NCBI RefSeq assembly: GCF_009914755.1
Contig: NC_060940.1
From: the human T2T-CHM13v2.0 reference genome, Homo sapiens
Direction: 5' to 3' (one strand)
DNA: 64,000 nt
The position numbers and the translations under genes were made by a program. Positions 43,817 to 58,730 of this stretch are shown here, piece after piece. Under the pieces are notes generated by a model. It saw only the letters and a list, made by a program, of their open reading frames with translations. It made no database searches and was not told the origin of the DNA. Each line of letters begins with the position of its first letter. Position 1 is the first letter of the stretch.

Positions 43817-46800
43817 CTATTCAATGATGTCTCCATTTGATTCCATTCGACCATGATTGCCTTTGATTCCATTCAATGATTCCATTCGGTTCCGTTTGAT
43901 GATGATTCCGTTCGATTCCATTTGATGATTCCATTTGATTCCATTGGATGAGTCCATTCGATTACATTCGATGATTATTCCATTCGAGTGCATTAGATGA
44001 TTCCATTCGAGTCCATTCGATGATTCCATTCGATTCCATTCGATGTTGATTCTGTTCAAATCCATTCGATGATTCCACTCGATTCCATTCGTTGACTCCA
44101 TTTGATCCCATTCGATGATTTCCTTTGATTCCCTTTGATGATCATTCCATTTGATTCAATTCGGTGATTTCATTTGATTCCATTCAGTGATGTTTCCATT
44201 CGACTCCATTCGATGATGATTCCATTCGACTCCATTCGATTATGATTTCATTCAATTCCATTCGATAATGATTCCCTTCGAGTCCATTCGATGATTCCAT
44301 TCGATTCCATTCAACGATGATTTGATTCGTGTCCATTCGATGATTCCATTTGATTCCACTTGATGATGATTCCATTCGAGTCCATTTGATGATTCCATTC
44401 AATTCCATACTCCGATGATTTCTTTTGAGCCCACTCAATGCTTCCACTCGATTCCATATGATGATGACTCCATTCGATGAAATTCGATGATGATTCCATT
44501 CGCTTGCTTTCGATGATGATTCCACTTGAGTCCGTTAGAAGATTCTATTCAATTACATTCCATGACGATTCCGTTCGAGTCCATTTGATGATTCCATTAG
44601 ACTCCATTCGACGATGATTCCATTCGATGTTATTCGATGATTCCATTCGATCTCATTCGATGATGATTCCATTCAACTCCATTCGATGTTTCCATTCGAG
44701 TTCATTCTATTATTCCATTAGATTCAATTCGATGATGATTCCATTCGATTCCATTTGATGATTGCATTCTATTTCATTTGATGATGATTCCATTCGAGTG
44801 CACTCGATGATTCCATTCGAGTCCATTTAATGAATCAATTGGTTTCAATTCTATGATGATTACATTGGATTCCATTCGTTGATGATTTCATTCGGTTCCA
44901 TTCAATGATGATTCCATTCAATTCCTTTCAATGTTTCCATTCAATTCCATACGATGATGATTCCATTTGATTTGATTCAACAGTGAGCCATTCGATTCAA
45001 TTCCATGATGATCCTATTTGATTCAATTGGTGGACATTTCCATTCGATTCCATTCGATGATGATTCCCTTTGATTCCATTCAAAGATGATTCCTTTCTAG
45101 CCCATTAAATCATTCCATTCGATTCTATTCAATGATGATTCCATTCATGTCGATTTGGTGATTCCATTTGACTTCATTTGATGATGATTCCTTTCAAGTT
45201 CATTAGATGATTCCATTCGATTCCATTTGATGATGATCCCATTCGAGTCCATTCAGTGATTCCACTCGTTTCCATTCCATGATGATTCCATTCCATTCCA
45301 TTCAATGATTCCATTCGATTCCGTTGGATGATGATTTCATTCGAGTCCATTTGATGATTCCATTTGATTCCATTCGATGATGATTCCATTCGAGTCCATT
45401 CGATGATTCTATTCGAATCCATTTGATGATTTCTTTTGATTATAGTTGGTGATGATTCCATTGGAGTCCATTCAATGATTCCATTCGATTCCAATCGATG
45501 GTGATTCCATTAGAGTCCATTTAATGATTCCATTTGATTCCAGTCTCTGATGATTACATTCGAGTCCATACGATGATTCCACTCAATTCCATATGATGAT
45601 GATTCCATTCTATTCCATTCGATGATTCCATTCTATTCTATTCGATAATGATTCCATTCGAGTCCATTCGATGATTCCATTCGAGTCCATTTAATGATTC
45701 CATTGCGTTCAATTCAATGATGATTACATTGGATTCCGTTCTATGATTCCATTCAATTCCGTTCATTGACAATTTGATTCCATTCGATGATGATTCCATT
45801 TGAGTTCATTCGATGATTCTATTCGATTCTCTTCGATGGTGATTCAATTCTATTATATTGGATGATTCCATTCGATTCCATTTGATGTTGATTCAATTCG
45901 ATTCTATTCGATGATGATTCCATTGGATTTCACTTGATGATTCTATTCGATTCCATTCAATGATGATTCACTTCTCGTCCATTGGATGATTCCATTTCAT
46001 TCCATTCGATGATGATTCCATTCGATTCCATTCGATGATTCCATTTGATTCCATGCGACGGTGAGCAATTCGATTCAATTCCATGATGATTCTATTTGAT
46101 TCAATTAGATGATGTTTCCATTCGAATCCATTCCATGATTATTCCATTGGAATCCATTCGGCGATGATTCCATATGAGTCAATTCAATGATGATTCCATA
46201 TGGGTCCGTTCGATGATAATTCCATTTGATTTCATTCGATGCTTCTATTCTATTCCAGTCGATGATGATTCCGTTGGAGTCCATACGATGATTCCATTTG
46301 ATTTCATTTGATGATGATTCCATTCGATGATGATTACATTGGATTCCATTCTATGATTCCATTCAATTCCATTCGTTGATGATTCGATTCCATTCAATGA
46401 TGATTCCATTTGAGTTCATTCGATGATTCTATTCGATTCCGTTCGATGGTGATTCAATTCTATTATATTGGATGATTCCACTCGATTCCATTTGATGATT
46501 ATTCCATTGGAGTCCACTTAGTGAATCCTTTAGATTCTACTCGACGATGATTCCATTCGAGTCCATTCGATGATACCATTCAATTCCATTCGTTGATGCT
46601 TCCATTCAAGTGCATTCGATGATATCATTCGATTCCATTTGATGATAATTCCATTTGATTCCATGCGATGATTCTATTCGATTCCATTCAATGATAATTC
46701 CATTCAATTCAGTGATTCCTCTGGACTCCATTTGATGATGATTCCATTCAATGATTCCATTCGATTCTATTCGAAAATGATTCCATTTGAATCCATTTGA

Positions 46801-48166
46801 TGATGATTCCATTAGATTCCATTTGATGATTCCATTCGATTCCATTCGACGATGATTCCATTCGATTCCATTTGATGATTCCATTCTATTCTATTCGATG
46901 ATGATTCCATTCGATCCCATTCGATGATGATTGGATTCGATTCCATTTGATGATTTCATTTGATTCCATTCGTTAATGATTTCGATCAATTCCATTCGAT
47001 GATTCCATTCGATTCCATTCGATAATGATTACATCCGAGTCCATTCGATGATTCCCTTTGAGCCTGTTCGATAATTCCATTTGAGTCCAACCAATGATTC
47101 CATTCATTTCCATTCAATGATTCCATTCGAGTCCATTTGATCATTCCGGTAGGGTCCATTCGATGTTGATTCCATTGGAGTGCATTCGATGATTCCATTC
47201 GAGTCCATTTTAGGATTTGATTCGAGTCCTTTCGATGATTCCATTCGATTCCACTCGATGATGATTTCATTCGAGTCCATTCGACACTTCCAATCGATTC
47301 CATTTGATGATTCCATTCGATTCCAATTGATGATTCCATTCAATTCCATTCGATGATGATTCCGTACGATTCCATTCTGTGATGATTCCATGTGATTGCA
47401 TTCAATGATGATTCCTTTCGATTGCATTCGATTATGATTCATTTCGTGTTCATTCTATGGTTCCACAGGTTTCCATTCGTGTCCATTCCATTATTCCATT
47501 CTATTCCATTTGATGATGATTCCATTCGATTCCATTCATTGGTGATTCCACTCAATTCCATTCAATGATTCCATTCCATTTCTTTCAACAATGATTCCAT
47601 TAGTTTCTAATCGATGATCCACTTGATTCCATTTGACGACGATTCCATTCTTGTCCATTCGATGATTCCATTTGATTCCATATGATGATGATTCCATTCG
47701 ATTCCATACCATGATGATTCCATTCGAGTCCATTCAATGGTGATTCCATTCAATTCCATTCGATGATTCCTTTTGATTCCATTCGATGATGATGGCATTC
47801 GATTCCTTTCAATCATTCCCTTTGATTCCATTCAAAGGTGATTTCATTCAAGTCCATTCGATAATTGCATTCGATTCCATTCTATGATGATTCCATTCGA
47901 GTCCATTTGATGATTCCATTCAATTCAAGTCAATGATGATTCCATTCGATTCCATTCGATGATTCCATTGGATTCCATTCGATGATGATTCCATTCAAAT
48001 CCATTCGATAATTCAATTCAAGTCCATTCGATGATGATTCCAATCGAATCCATTCAAAGATTCCATTCAGTTCCATTCGATGATTCCCTTAGATTCCATT
48101 CGATGATTCCACTTGATTGCATTTACGATGATTCCATTCGATTCCATGTGATGATTCCATTCAATT
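43817..48166 (+). repeat. 4350-bp variant unit (1762-bp deletion)
   Basis: Landmark at 46105 lies at offset 2288 instead of 4050. Junction ~45625-45665. Confidence 0.9.
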
Positions 48167-51100
48167 CTATTCAATGATGTCTCCATTTGATTCCATTCGA
48201 CCATGATTGCCTTTGATTCCATTCAATGATTCCATTCGGTTCCGTTTGATGATGATTCCGTTCGATTCCATTTGATGATTCCATTTGATTCCATTGGATG
48301 AGTCCATTCGATTACATTCGATGATTATTCCATTCGAGTGCATTAGATGATTCCATTCGAGTCCATTCGATGATTCCATTCGATTCCATTCGATGTTGAT
48401 TCTGTTCAAATCCATTCGATGATTCCACTCGATTCCATTCGTTGACTCCATTTGATCCCATTCGATGATTTCCTTTGATTCCCTTTGATGATCATTCCAT
48501 TTGATTCAATTCGGTGATTTCATTTGATTCCATTCAGTGATGTTTCCATTCGACTCCATTCGATGATGATTCCATTCGACTCCATTCGATTATGATTTCA
48601 TTCAATTCCATTCGATAATGATTCCCTTCGAGTCCATTCGATGATTCCATTCGATTCCATTCAACGATGATTTGATTCGTGTCCATTCGATGATTCCATT
48701 TGATTCCACTTGATGATGATTCCATTCGAGTCCATTTGATGATTCCATTCAATTCCATACTCCGATGATTTCTTTTGAGCCCACTCAATGCTTCCACTCG
48801 ATTCCATATGATGATGACTCCATTCGATGAAATTCGATGATGACTCCATTCGCTTGCTTTCGATGATGATTCCACTTGAGTCCGTTAGAAGATTCTATTC
48901 AATTACATTCCATGACGATTCCGTTCGAGTCCATTTGATGATTCCATTAGACTCCATTCGACGATGATTCCATTCGATGTTATTCGATGATTCCATTCGA
49001 TCTCATTCGATGATGATTCCATTCAACTCCATTCGATGTTTCCATTCGAGTTCATTCTATTATTCCATTAGATTCCATTCGATGATGATTCCATTCGATT
49101 CCATTTGATGATTGCATTCTATTTCATTTGATGATGATTCCATTCGAGTCCACTCGATGATTCCATTCGAGTCCATTTAATGAATCCATTGGTTTCAATT
49201 CTATGATGATTACATTGGATTCCATTCGTTGATGATTTCATTCGGTTCCATTCAATGATGATTCCATTCAATTCCTTTCAATGTTTCCATTCAATTCCAT
49301 ACGATGATGATTCCATTTGATTTGATTCGACAGTGAGACATTCGATTCAATTCCATGACGATTCTATTTGATTCAATTGGTTGACATTTCCATTCGATTC
49401 CATTCGATGATGATTCCCTTTGATTCCGTTCAAAGATGATTCCATTCTAGCCCATTCAATCATTCCATTCGATTCTATTCAATGATGATTCCATTCATGT
49501 CGATTTGGTGATTCCATTTGACTTCATTTGATGATGATTCCTTTCAAGTTCATTAGATGATTCCATTCGATTCCATTTGATGATGATCCCATTCGAGTCC
49601 ATTCAGTGATTCCATTCGTTTCCATTCCATGATGATTCCATTCCTTTCCATTCAATGATTCCATTCGATTCCGTTTGATGATGATTTCATTCGAGTCCAT
49701 TTGATGATTCCATTTGATTCCATTCGATGATGATTCCATTCGAGTCCATTCGATGATTCTATTCGAATCCATTTGATGATTTCTTTTGATTATATTTGGT
49801 GATGATTCCATTGGAGTCCATTCAATGATTCCATTCTATTCCAATCGATGATGATTCCATTAGAGTCCATTTAATGATTCCATTTGATTCCAGTCTCTGA
49901 TGATTACATTCGAGTCCATACGATGATTCCACTCAATTCCATATGATGATGATTCCATTTGATTCCATTCGGTGATTCCGTTCTATTCTATTCAATGGTG
50001 ATTCCATTCGAGTACATTAGATGATTCCATTCGATTCCATTCAATGATGATTCTATTTGTGTCCCTTAGATGATTCCACATGATTCCATTAGATGATGAT
50101 ACTATTTGAGCCCATCCAATGATTCCCTTCGATTCCATTCGATGAGGATTCCATTCGATTCAATTCATTGGTGATTCTATTCAATTCAATTCTTTGATTC
50201 CATTCCATTCCATTCGACAATGATTCCATTCGATTTCTTTCGATGATTCCACTCGATTCCACTTGACATTGATTCCATTCGATTCCATTCAATGATTCCA
50301 TTTGATTCCAGTGGATGATGATTGCCATCGATTCCATTCGATCACTCCATTCTATTCCATTTGATGATGATTACATTCGATTCCATTTGATGATTCCATC
50401 TGATTCTATTCGAGGATTCCATTTGATTCCATTCGATGATGATTCCATTCGAGTCCATTCGATGATTTCATTCGAGTACATCCAATGATTCCATTCGAGT
50501 CCATTAGATGATTCCATTTGATTCCATTTGAAAATGATTCTACTAGAGTCCATTCAATGACTCCATTCGAGTCCATTCAACAATTCCATTCGACTCCATT
50601 CGATGATTCCATTCGATTCCATTTGATGGTTCCATTCGAGTCCATTTAATCATTACAGTCGAGTCCGTTTGGTGATTCCACTGGATTTCTTTTGATAATG
50701 ATACCATTCAATTACATTTGATGATGATCCCATACAATTTCATTTGATGATGATTCCATTAGAGTCCATTCGATGATTTCATTCGAGTCCCTTCATTGAT
50801 TCCATCCGATTTCATTGGATGATGACTCCATTCGAGTCCATTCGATGATTCCACTCGATTCCATTAGATGACTCCATTGGAGTCCATTTGATTGTTCCAT
50901 TCGATTCCATTCGATTCCTTTCGAAGATTATTCCATTTGAGTCCATTCGATGATGATTCCATTCCATTCCATTCGATGATTCCGTTTGATTCCATTCGAT
51001 GATTCCCTTCGATTCCTTTCTTTGATGATTCCATTCCATTCCATTCAATGATTCCATTCGAATCTATTGCATGATGATTCCTTTCGATTCCATTCGCTGA

Positions 51101-54100
51101 TGTTTCCATTCAATTCCATTCGATGATGATTCCATTCGATTCCATTCATTGAGGATTCCATTTGATTCCATTCAATGATGATTCCATTCTATTCCATTCA
51201 ATGATTGCATTCAATTCCATTCAATGATTATCCCATTAGAGTAAACTCAACGATTCCATTCAATACCATTCGATGATGATTCCTTTTGAGTCCATTCAAT
51301 GATTTCATTCAAGTCCATTTGATGATTCCTTTCAATTCCATTCTATGATGATTCCATTCGAGTCCATTCGATGATTCCATTCGATTGCATTCGATGATTC
51401 CATTATATTCCATTCAACGGTGATTCCATTCGAGTCCATTCCATGATTCCATTAGAGTACATTTAATGATTGCTTTGTTTTCAATTCGAAGATGATTACA
51501 TTGGATTCCATTCTATGATACCATTCGATTCCATTCAATGATGATTCCACTCAAATCCATTGGATGATTCCATTCGTGTCCATTCGGTGATTTCATTAGA
51601 TTCCATTCGAGGATGATTCCATTCGATTCCATTCGATGATTCCATTCAATTCCATTCGATGATGATTCCATTCCAGTCCATATGATCATTCCATTTGATT
51701 TCATTCGATGATGATTCCATTCGATTCGATTCGACGATTCCATTCTATTCCATTCGATGATGATTCCATTCGAGTCCATTCGATGATTCCATTCGAGTCC
51801 ATTTAATGATTCCATTGGGTTCAATTTAATGATGATTACATTGGATTCCGTTCTATGATTCCATTCAATTCCGTTCATTGACAATTTGATTCCATTCGAT
51901 GATGATTCCATTTGAGTTCATTCGATGATTCTATTCGATTCTCTTCGATGGTGATTCAATTCTATTATATTGGATGATTCCATTCGATTCCATTTGATGT
52001 TGATTCAATTCGATTCTATTCGATGATGATTCCATTGGATTTCACTTGATGATTCTATTCGATTCCATTCAATGATGATTCACTTCTCGTCCATTGGATG
52101 ATTCCATTTCATTCCATTCGATGATGATTCCATTCGATTCCATTCGATGATTCCATTTGATTCCATTCGACGGTGACCAATTCGATTCAATTCCATGATG
52201 ATTCTATTTGGTTCAATTAGATGATGTTTCCATTCGAATCCATTCCATGATTATTCCATTGGAATCCATTCGGCGATGATTCCATATGAGTCAATTCAAT
52301 GATGATTCCATATGGGTCCGTTTGATGATAATTCCATTTGATTTCATTCGATGCTTCTATTCTATTCCAGTCGATGATGATTCCGTTGGAGTCCATACGA
52401 TGATTCCATTTGATTTCATTTGATGATGGTTCCATTCGATGATGATTACATTGGATTCCATTCTATGATTCCATTCAATTCCATTCGTTGATGATTCGAT
52501 TCCATTCAATGATGATTCCATTTGAGTTCATTCGATGATTCTATTCGATTCCGTTCGATGGTGATTCAATTCTATTATATTGGATGATTCCACTCGATTC
52601 CATTTGATGATTATTCCATTGGAGTCCACTTAGTGAATCCTTTAGATTCTACTCGACGATGATTCCATTCGAGTCCATTCGATGATACCATTCAATTCCA
52701 TTCGTTGATGCTTCCATTCAAGTGCATTCGATGATATCATTCGATTCCATTTGATGATAATTCCATTTGATTCCATGCGATGATTCTATTCGATTCCATT
52801 CAATGATAATTCCATTCAATTCAGTGATTCCTCTGGACTCCATTTGATGATGATTCCATTCAATGATTCCATTCGATTCTATTCGAAAATGATTCCATTT
52901 GAATCCATTTGATGATGATTCCATTAGATTCCATTTGATGATTCCATTCGATTCCATTCGACGATGATTCCATTCGATTCCGTTTGATGATTCCATTCTA
53001 TTCTATTCGATGATGATTCCATTCGATTCCATTCGATGATGATTGGATTCGATTCCATTTGATGATTTCATTTGATTCCATTCGTTAATGATTTCGATCA
53101 ATTCCATTCGATGATTCCATTCGATTCCATTTGATAATGATTACATCCGAGTCCATTCGATGATTCCCTTTGAGCCTGTTCGATAATTCCATTTGAGTCC
53201 AACCAATGATTCCATTCATTTCCATTCAATGATTCCATTCGAGTCCATTTGATCATTCCGGTAGGGTCCATTCGATGTTGATTCCATTGGAGTGCATTCG
53301 ATGATTCCATTCGAGTCCATTTTAGGATTTGATTCGAGTCCTTTCGATGATTCCATTCGATTCCACTCGATGATGATTTCATTCGAGTCCATTCGACACT
53401 TCCAATCGATTCCATTTGATGATTCCATTCGAGTCCAATTGATGATTCCATTCAATTCCATTCGATGATGATTCCGTACGATTCCATTCTGTGATGATTC
53501 CATGTGATTGCATTCAATGATGATTCCTTTCGATTGTATTCGATTATGATTCATTTCGTGTTCATTCTATGGTTCCACAGGTTTCCATTCGTGTCCATTC
53601 CATTATTCCATTCTATTCCATTTGATGATGATTCCATTCGATTCCATTCATTGGTGATTCCACTCAATTCCATTCAATGATTCCATTCCATTTCTTTCAA
53701 CAATGATTCCATTAGTTTCTAATCGATGATCCACTTGATTCCATTTGACGACGATTCCATTCTTGTCCATTCGATGATTCCATTTGATTCCATATGATGA
53801 TGATTCCATTCGATTCCATACCATGATGATTCCATTCGAGTCCATTCAATGGTGATTCCATTCAATTCCATTCGATGATTCCTTTTGATTCCATTCGATG
53901 ATGATGGCATTCGATTCCTTTCAATCATTCCCTTTGATTCCATTCAAAGGTGATTTCATTCAAGTCCATTCGATAATTGCATTCGATTCCATTCTATGAT
54001 GATTCCATTCGAGTCCATTTGATGATTCCATTCAATTCAAGTCAATGATGATTCCATTCGATTCCATTCGATGATTCCATTGGATTCCATTCGATGATGA

Positions 54101-54278
54101 TTCCATTCAAATCCATTCGATAATTCAATTCAAGTCCATTCGATGATGATTCCAATCGAATCCATTCAAAGATTCCATTCAGTTCCATTCGATGATTCCC
54201 TTAGATTCCATTCGATGATTCCACTTGATTGCATTTACGATGATTCCATTCGATTCCATGTGATGATTCCATTCAATT
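48167..54278 (+). repeat. Canonical 6112-bp HSat2 unit
   Basis: All shared ORF landmarks recur at +6112 (49524/55636, 51513/57625, 53648/59760). Confidence 0.95.
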
Positions 54279-57200
54279 CTATTCAATGATGTCTCCATTT
54301 GATTCCATTCGACCATGATTGCCTTTGATTCCATTCAATGATTCCATTCGGTTCCGTTTGATGATGATTCCGTTCGATTCCATTTGATGATTCCATTTGA
54401 TTCCATTGGATGAGTCCATTCGATTACATTCGATGATTATTCCATTCGAGTGCATTAGATGATTCCATTCGAGTCCATTCGATGATTCCATTCGATTCCA
54501 TTCGATGTTGATTCTGTTCAAATCCATTCGATGATTCCACTTGATTCCATTCGTTGACTCCATTTGATCCCATTCGATGATTTCCTTTGATTCCCTTTGA
54601 TGATCATTCCATTTGATTCAATTCGGTGATTTCATTTGATTCCATTCAGTGATGTTTCCATTCGACTCCATTCGATGATGATTCCATTCGACTCCATTCG
54701 ATTATGATTTCATTCAATTCCATTCGATAATGATTCCCTTCGAGTCCATTCGATGATTCCATTCGATTCCATTCAACGATGATTTGATTCGTGTCCATTC
54801 GATGATTCCATTTGATTCCACTTGATGATGATTCCATTCGAGTCCATTTGATGATTCCATTCAATTCCATACTCCGATGATTTCTTTTGAGCCCACTCAA
54901 TGCTTCCACTCGATTCCATATGATGATGACTCCATTCGATGAAATTCGATGATGATTCCATTCGCTTGCTTTCGATGATGATTCCACTTGAGTCCGTTAG
55001 AAGATTCTATTCAATTACATTCCATGACGATTCCGTTCGAGTCCATTTGATGATTCCATTAGACTCCATTCGACGATGATTCCATTCGATGTTATTCGAT
55101 GATTCCATTCGATCTCATTCGATGATGATTCCATTCAACTCCATTCGATGTTTCCATTCGAGTTCATTCTATTATTCCATTAGATTCCATTCGATGATGA
55201 TTCCATTCGATTCCATTTGATGATTGCATTCTATTTCATTTGATGATGATTCCATTCGAGTCCACTCGATGATTCCATTCGAGTCCATTTCATGAATCCA
55301 TTGGTTTCAATTCTATGATGATTACATTGGATTCCATTCGTTGATGATTTCATTCGGTTCCATTCAATGATGATTCCATTCAATTCCTTTCAATGTTTCC
55401 ATTCAATTCCATACGATGATGATTCCATTTGATTTGATTCGACAGTGAGCCATTCGATTCAATTCCATGACGATTCTATTTGATTCAATTGGTTGACATT
55501 TCCATTCGATTCCATTCGATGATGATTCCCTTTGATTCCGTTCAAAGATGATTCCATTCTAGCCCATTCAATCATTCCATTCGATTCTATTCAATGATGA
55601 TTCCATTCATGTCGATTTGGTGATTCCATTTGACTTCATTTGATGATGATTCCTTTCAAGTTCATTAGATGATTCCATTCGATTCCATTTGATGATGATC
55701 CCATTCGAGTCCATTCAGTGATTCCATTCGTTTCCATTCCATGATGATTCCATTCCTTTCCATTCAATGATTCCATTCGATTCCGTTTGATGATGATTTC
55801 ATTCGAGTCCATTTGATGATTCCATTTGATTCCATTCGATGATGATTCCATTCGAGTCCATTCGATGATTCTATTCGAATCCATTTGATGATTTCCTTTA
55901 ATTATATTTGGTGATGATTCCATTGGAGTCCATTCAATGATTCCATTCTATTCCAATCGATGATGATTCCATTAGAGTCCATTTAATGATTCCATTTGAT
56001 TCCAGTCTCTGATGATTACATTCGAGTCCATACGATGATTCCACTCAATTCCATATGATGATGATTCCATTTGATTCCATTCGGTGATTCCGTTCTATTC
56101 TATTCAATGGTGATTCCATTCGAGTACATTAGATGATTCCATTCGATTCCATTCAATGATGATTCTATTTGTGTCCCTTAGATGATTCCGCATGATTCCA
56201 TTAGATGATGATACTATTTGAGCCCATCCAATGATTCCCTTCGATTCCATTCGATGAGGATTCCATTCGATTCAATTCATTGGTGATTCTATTCAATTCA
56301 ATTCTTTGATTCCATTCCATTCCATTCGACAATGATTCCATTCGATTTCTTTCGATGATTCCACTCGATTCCACTTGACATTGATTCCATTCGATTCCAT
56401 TCAATGATTCCGTTTGATTCCAGTGGATGATGATTGCCATCGATTCCATTCGATCACTCCATTCTATTCCATTTGATGATGATTACATTCGATTCCATTT
56501 GATGATTCCATCTGATTCTATTCGAGGATTCCATTTGATTCCATTCGATGATGATTCCATTCGAGTCCATTCGATGATTTCATTCGAGTACATCCAATGA
56601 TTCCATTCGAGTCCATTAGATGATTCCATTTGATTCCATTTGAAAATGATTCTACTAGAGTCCATTCAATGACTCCATTCGAGTCCATTCAACAATTCCA
56701 TTCGACTCCATTCGATGATTCCATTCGATTCCATTTGATGGTTCCATTCGAGTCCATTTAATCATTACAGTCGAGTCCATTTGGTGATTCCACTGGATTT
56801 CTTTTGATAATGATACCATTCAATTACATTTGATGATGATCCCATTCAATTTCATTTGATGATGATTCCATTAGAGTCCATTCGATGATTTCATTCGAGT
56901 CCCTTCATTGATTCCATCCGATTTCATTGGATGATGACTCCATTCGAGTCCATTCGATGATTCCACTCGATTCCATTAGATGACTCCATTGGAGTCCATT
57001 TGATTGTTCCATTCGATTCCATTCGATTCCTTTCGAAGATTATTCCATTTGAGTCCATTCGATGATGATTCCATTCCATTCCATTCGATGATTCCGTTTG
57101 ATTCCATTCGATGATTCCCTTCGATTCCTTTCTTTGATGATTCCATTCCATTCCATTCAATGATTCCATTCGAATCTATTCCATGATGATTCCTTTCGAT

Positions 57201-57940
57201 TCCATTCGCTGATGTTTCCGTTCAATTCCATTCGATGATGATTCCATTCGATTCCATTCATTGAGGATTCCATTTGATTCCATTCAATGATGATTCCATT
57301 CTATTCCATTCAATGATTGCATTCAATTCCATTCAATGATTATCCCCTTAGAGTAAACTCAACGATTCCATTCAATACCATTCGATGATGATTCCTTTTG
57401 AGTCCATTCAATGATTTCATTCAAGTCCATTTGATGATTCCTTTCAATTCCATTCTATGATGATTCCATTCGAGTCCATTCGATGATTCCATTCGATTGC
57501 ATTCGATGATTCCATTATATTCCATTCAACAGTGATTCCATTCGAGTCAATTCCATGATTCCATTAGAGTACATTTAATGATTGCTTTGTTTTCAATTCG
57601 AAGATGATTACATTGGATTCCATTCTATGATACCATTCGATTCCATTCAATGATGATTCCACTCAAATCCATTGGATGATTCCATTCGTGTCCATTCGGT
57701 GATTTCATTACATTCCATTCGAGGATGATTCCATTCGATTCCATTCGATGATTCCATTCAATTCCATTCGATGATGATTCCATTCCAGTCCATATGATCA
57801 TTCCATTTGATTTCATTCGATGATGATTCCATTCAATTCGATTCGACGATTCCATTCTATTCCATTCGATGATGATTCCATTCGAGTCCATTCGATGATT
57901 CCATTCGAGTCCATTTAATGATTCCATTGGGTTCAATTCA

Positions 57941-58730
57941 ATGATGATTACATTGGATTCCGTTCTATGATTCCATTCAATTCCGTTCATTGACAATTTG
58001 ACTCCATTCGATGATGATTCCATTTGAGTTCATTCGATGATTCTATTCGATTCTCTTCGATGGTGATTCAATTCTATTATATTGGATGATTCCATTCGAT
58101 TCCATTTGATGTTGATTCAATTCGATTCTATTCGATGATGATTCCATTGGATTTCACTTGATGATTCTATTCGATTCCATTCAATGATGATTCACTTCTC
58201 GTCCATTGGATGATTCCATTTCATTCCATTCGATGATGATTCCATTCGATTCCATTCGATGATTCCATTTGATTCCATGCGACGGTGAGCAATTCGATTC
58301 AATTCCATGATGATTCTATTTGATTCAATTAGATGATGTTTCCATTCGAATCCATTCCATGATTATTCCATTGGAATCCATTCGGCGATGATTCCATATG
58401 AGTCAATTCAATGATGATTCCATATGGGTCCGTTCGATGATAATTCCATTTGATTTCATTCGATGCTTCTATTCTATTCCAGTCGATGATGATTCCGTTG
58501 GAGTCCATACGATGATTCCATTTGATTTCATTTGATGATGATTCCATTCGATGATGATTACATTGGATTCCATTCTATGATTCCATTCAATTCCATTCGT
58601 TGATGATTCGATTCCATTCAATGATGATTCCATTTGAGTTCATTCGATGATTCTATTCGATTCCGTTCGATGGTGATTCAATTCTATTATATTGGATGAT
58701 TCCACTCGATTCCATTTGATGATTATTCCA
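57941..58730 (+). repeat. Internal ~180-bp direct repeat pair, 610 bp apart, within the 6112-bp unit (57941-58120 and 58551-58730)
   Basis: ATGATGATTACATTGGATTCC(G/A)TTCTATGA...CATTTGAGTTCATTCGATGATTCTATTCGATTC..TTCGATGGTGATTCAATTCTATTATATTGGATGAT occurs at both positions in exact register. Confidence 0.9.
58321..58331 (-). promoter_or_regulatory. Putative DUX4-type double-homeodomain site TAATTGAATCA (representative of about one per unit)
   Basis: TGATTCAATTA on + matches the consensus TAAYBBAATCA on the - strand. DUX4 binding to HSATII is known. This is a motif match only. Confidence 0.35.
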
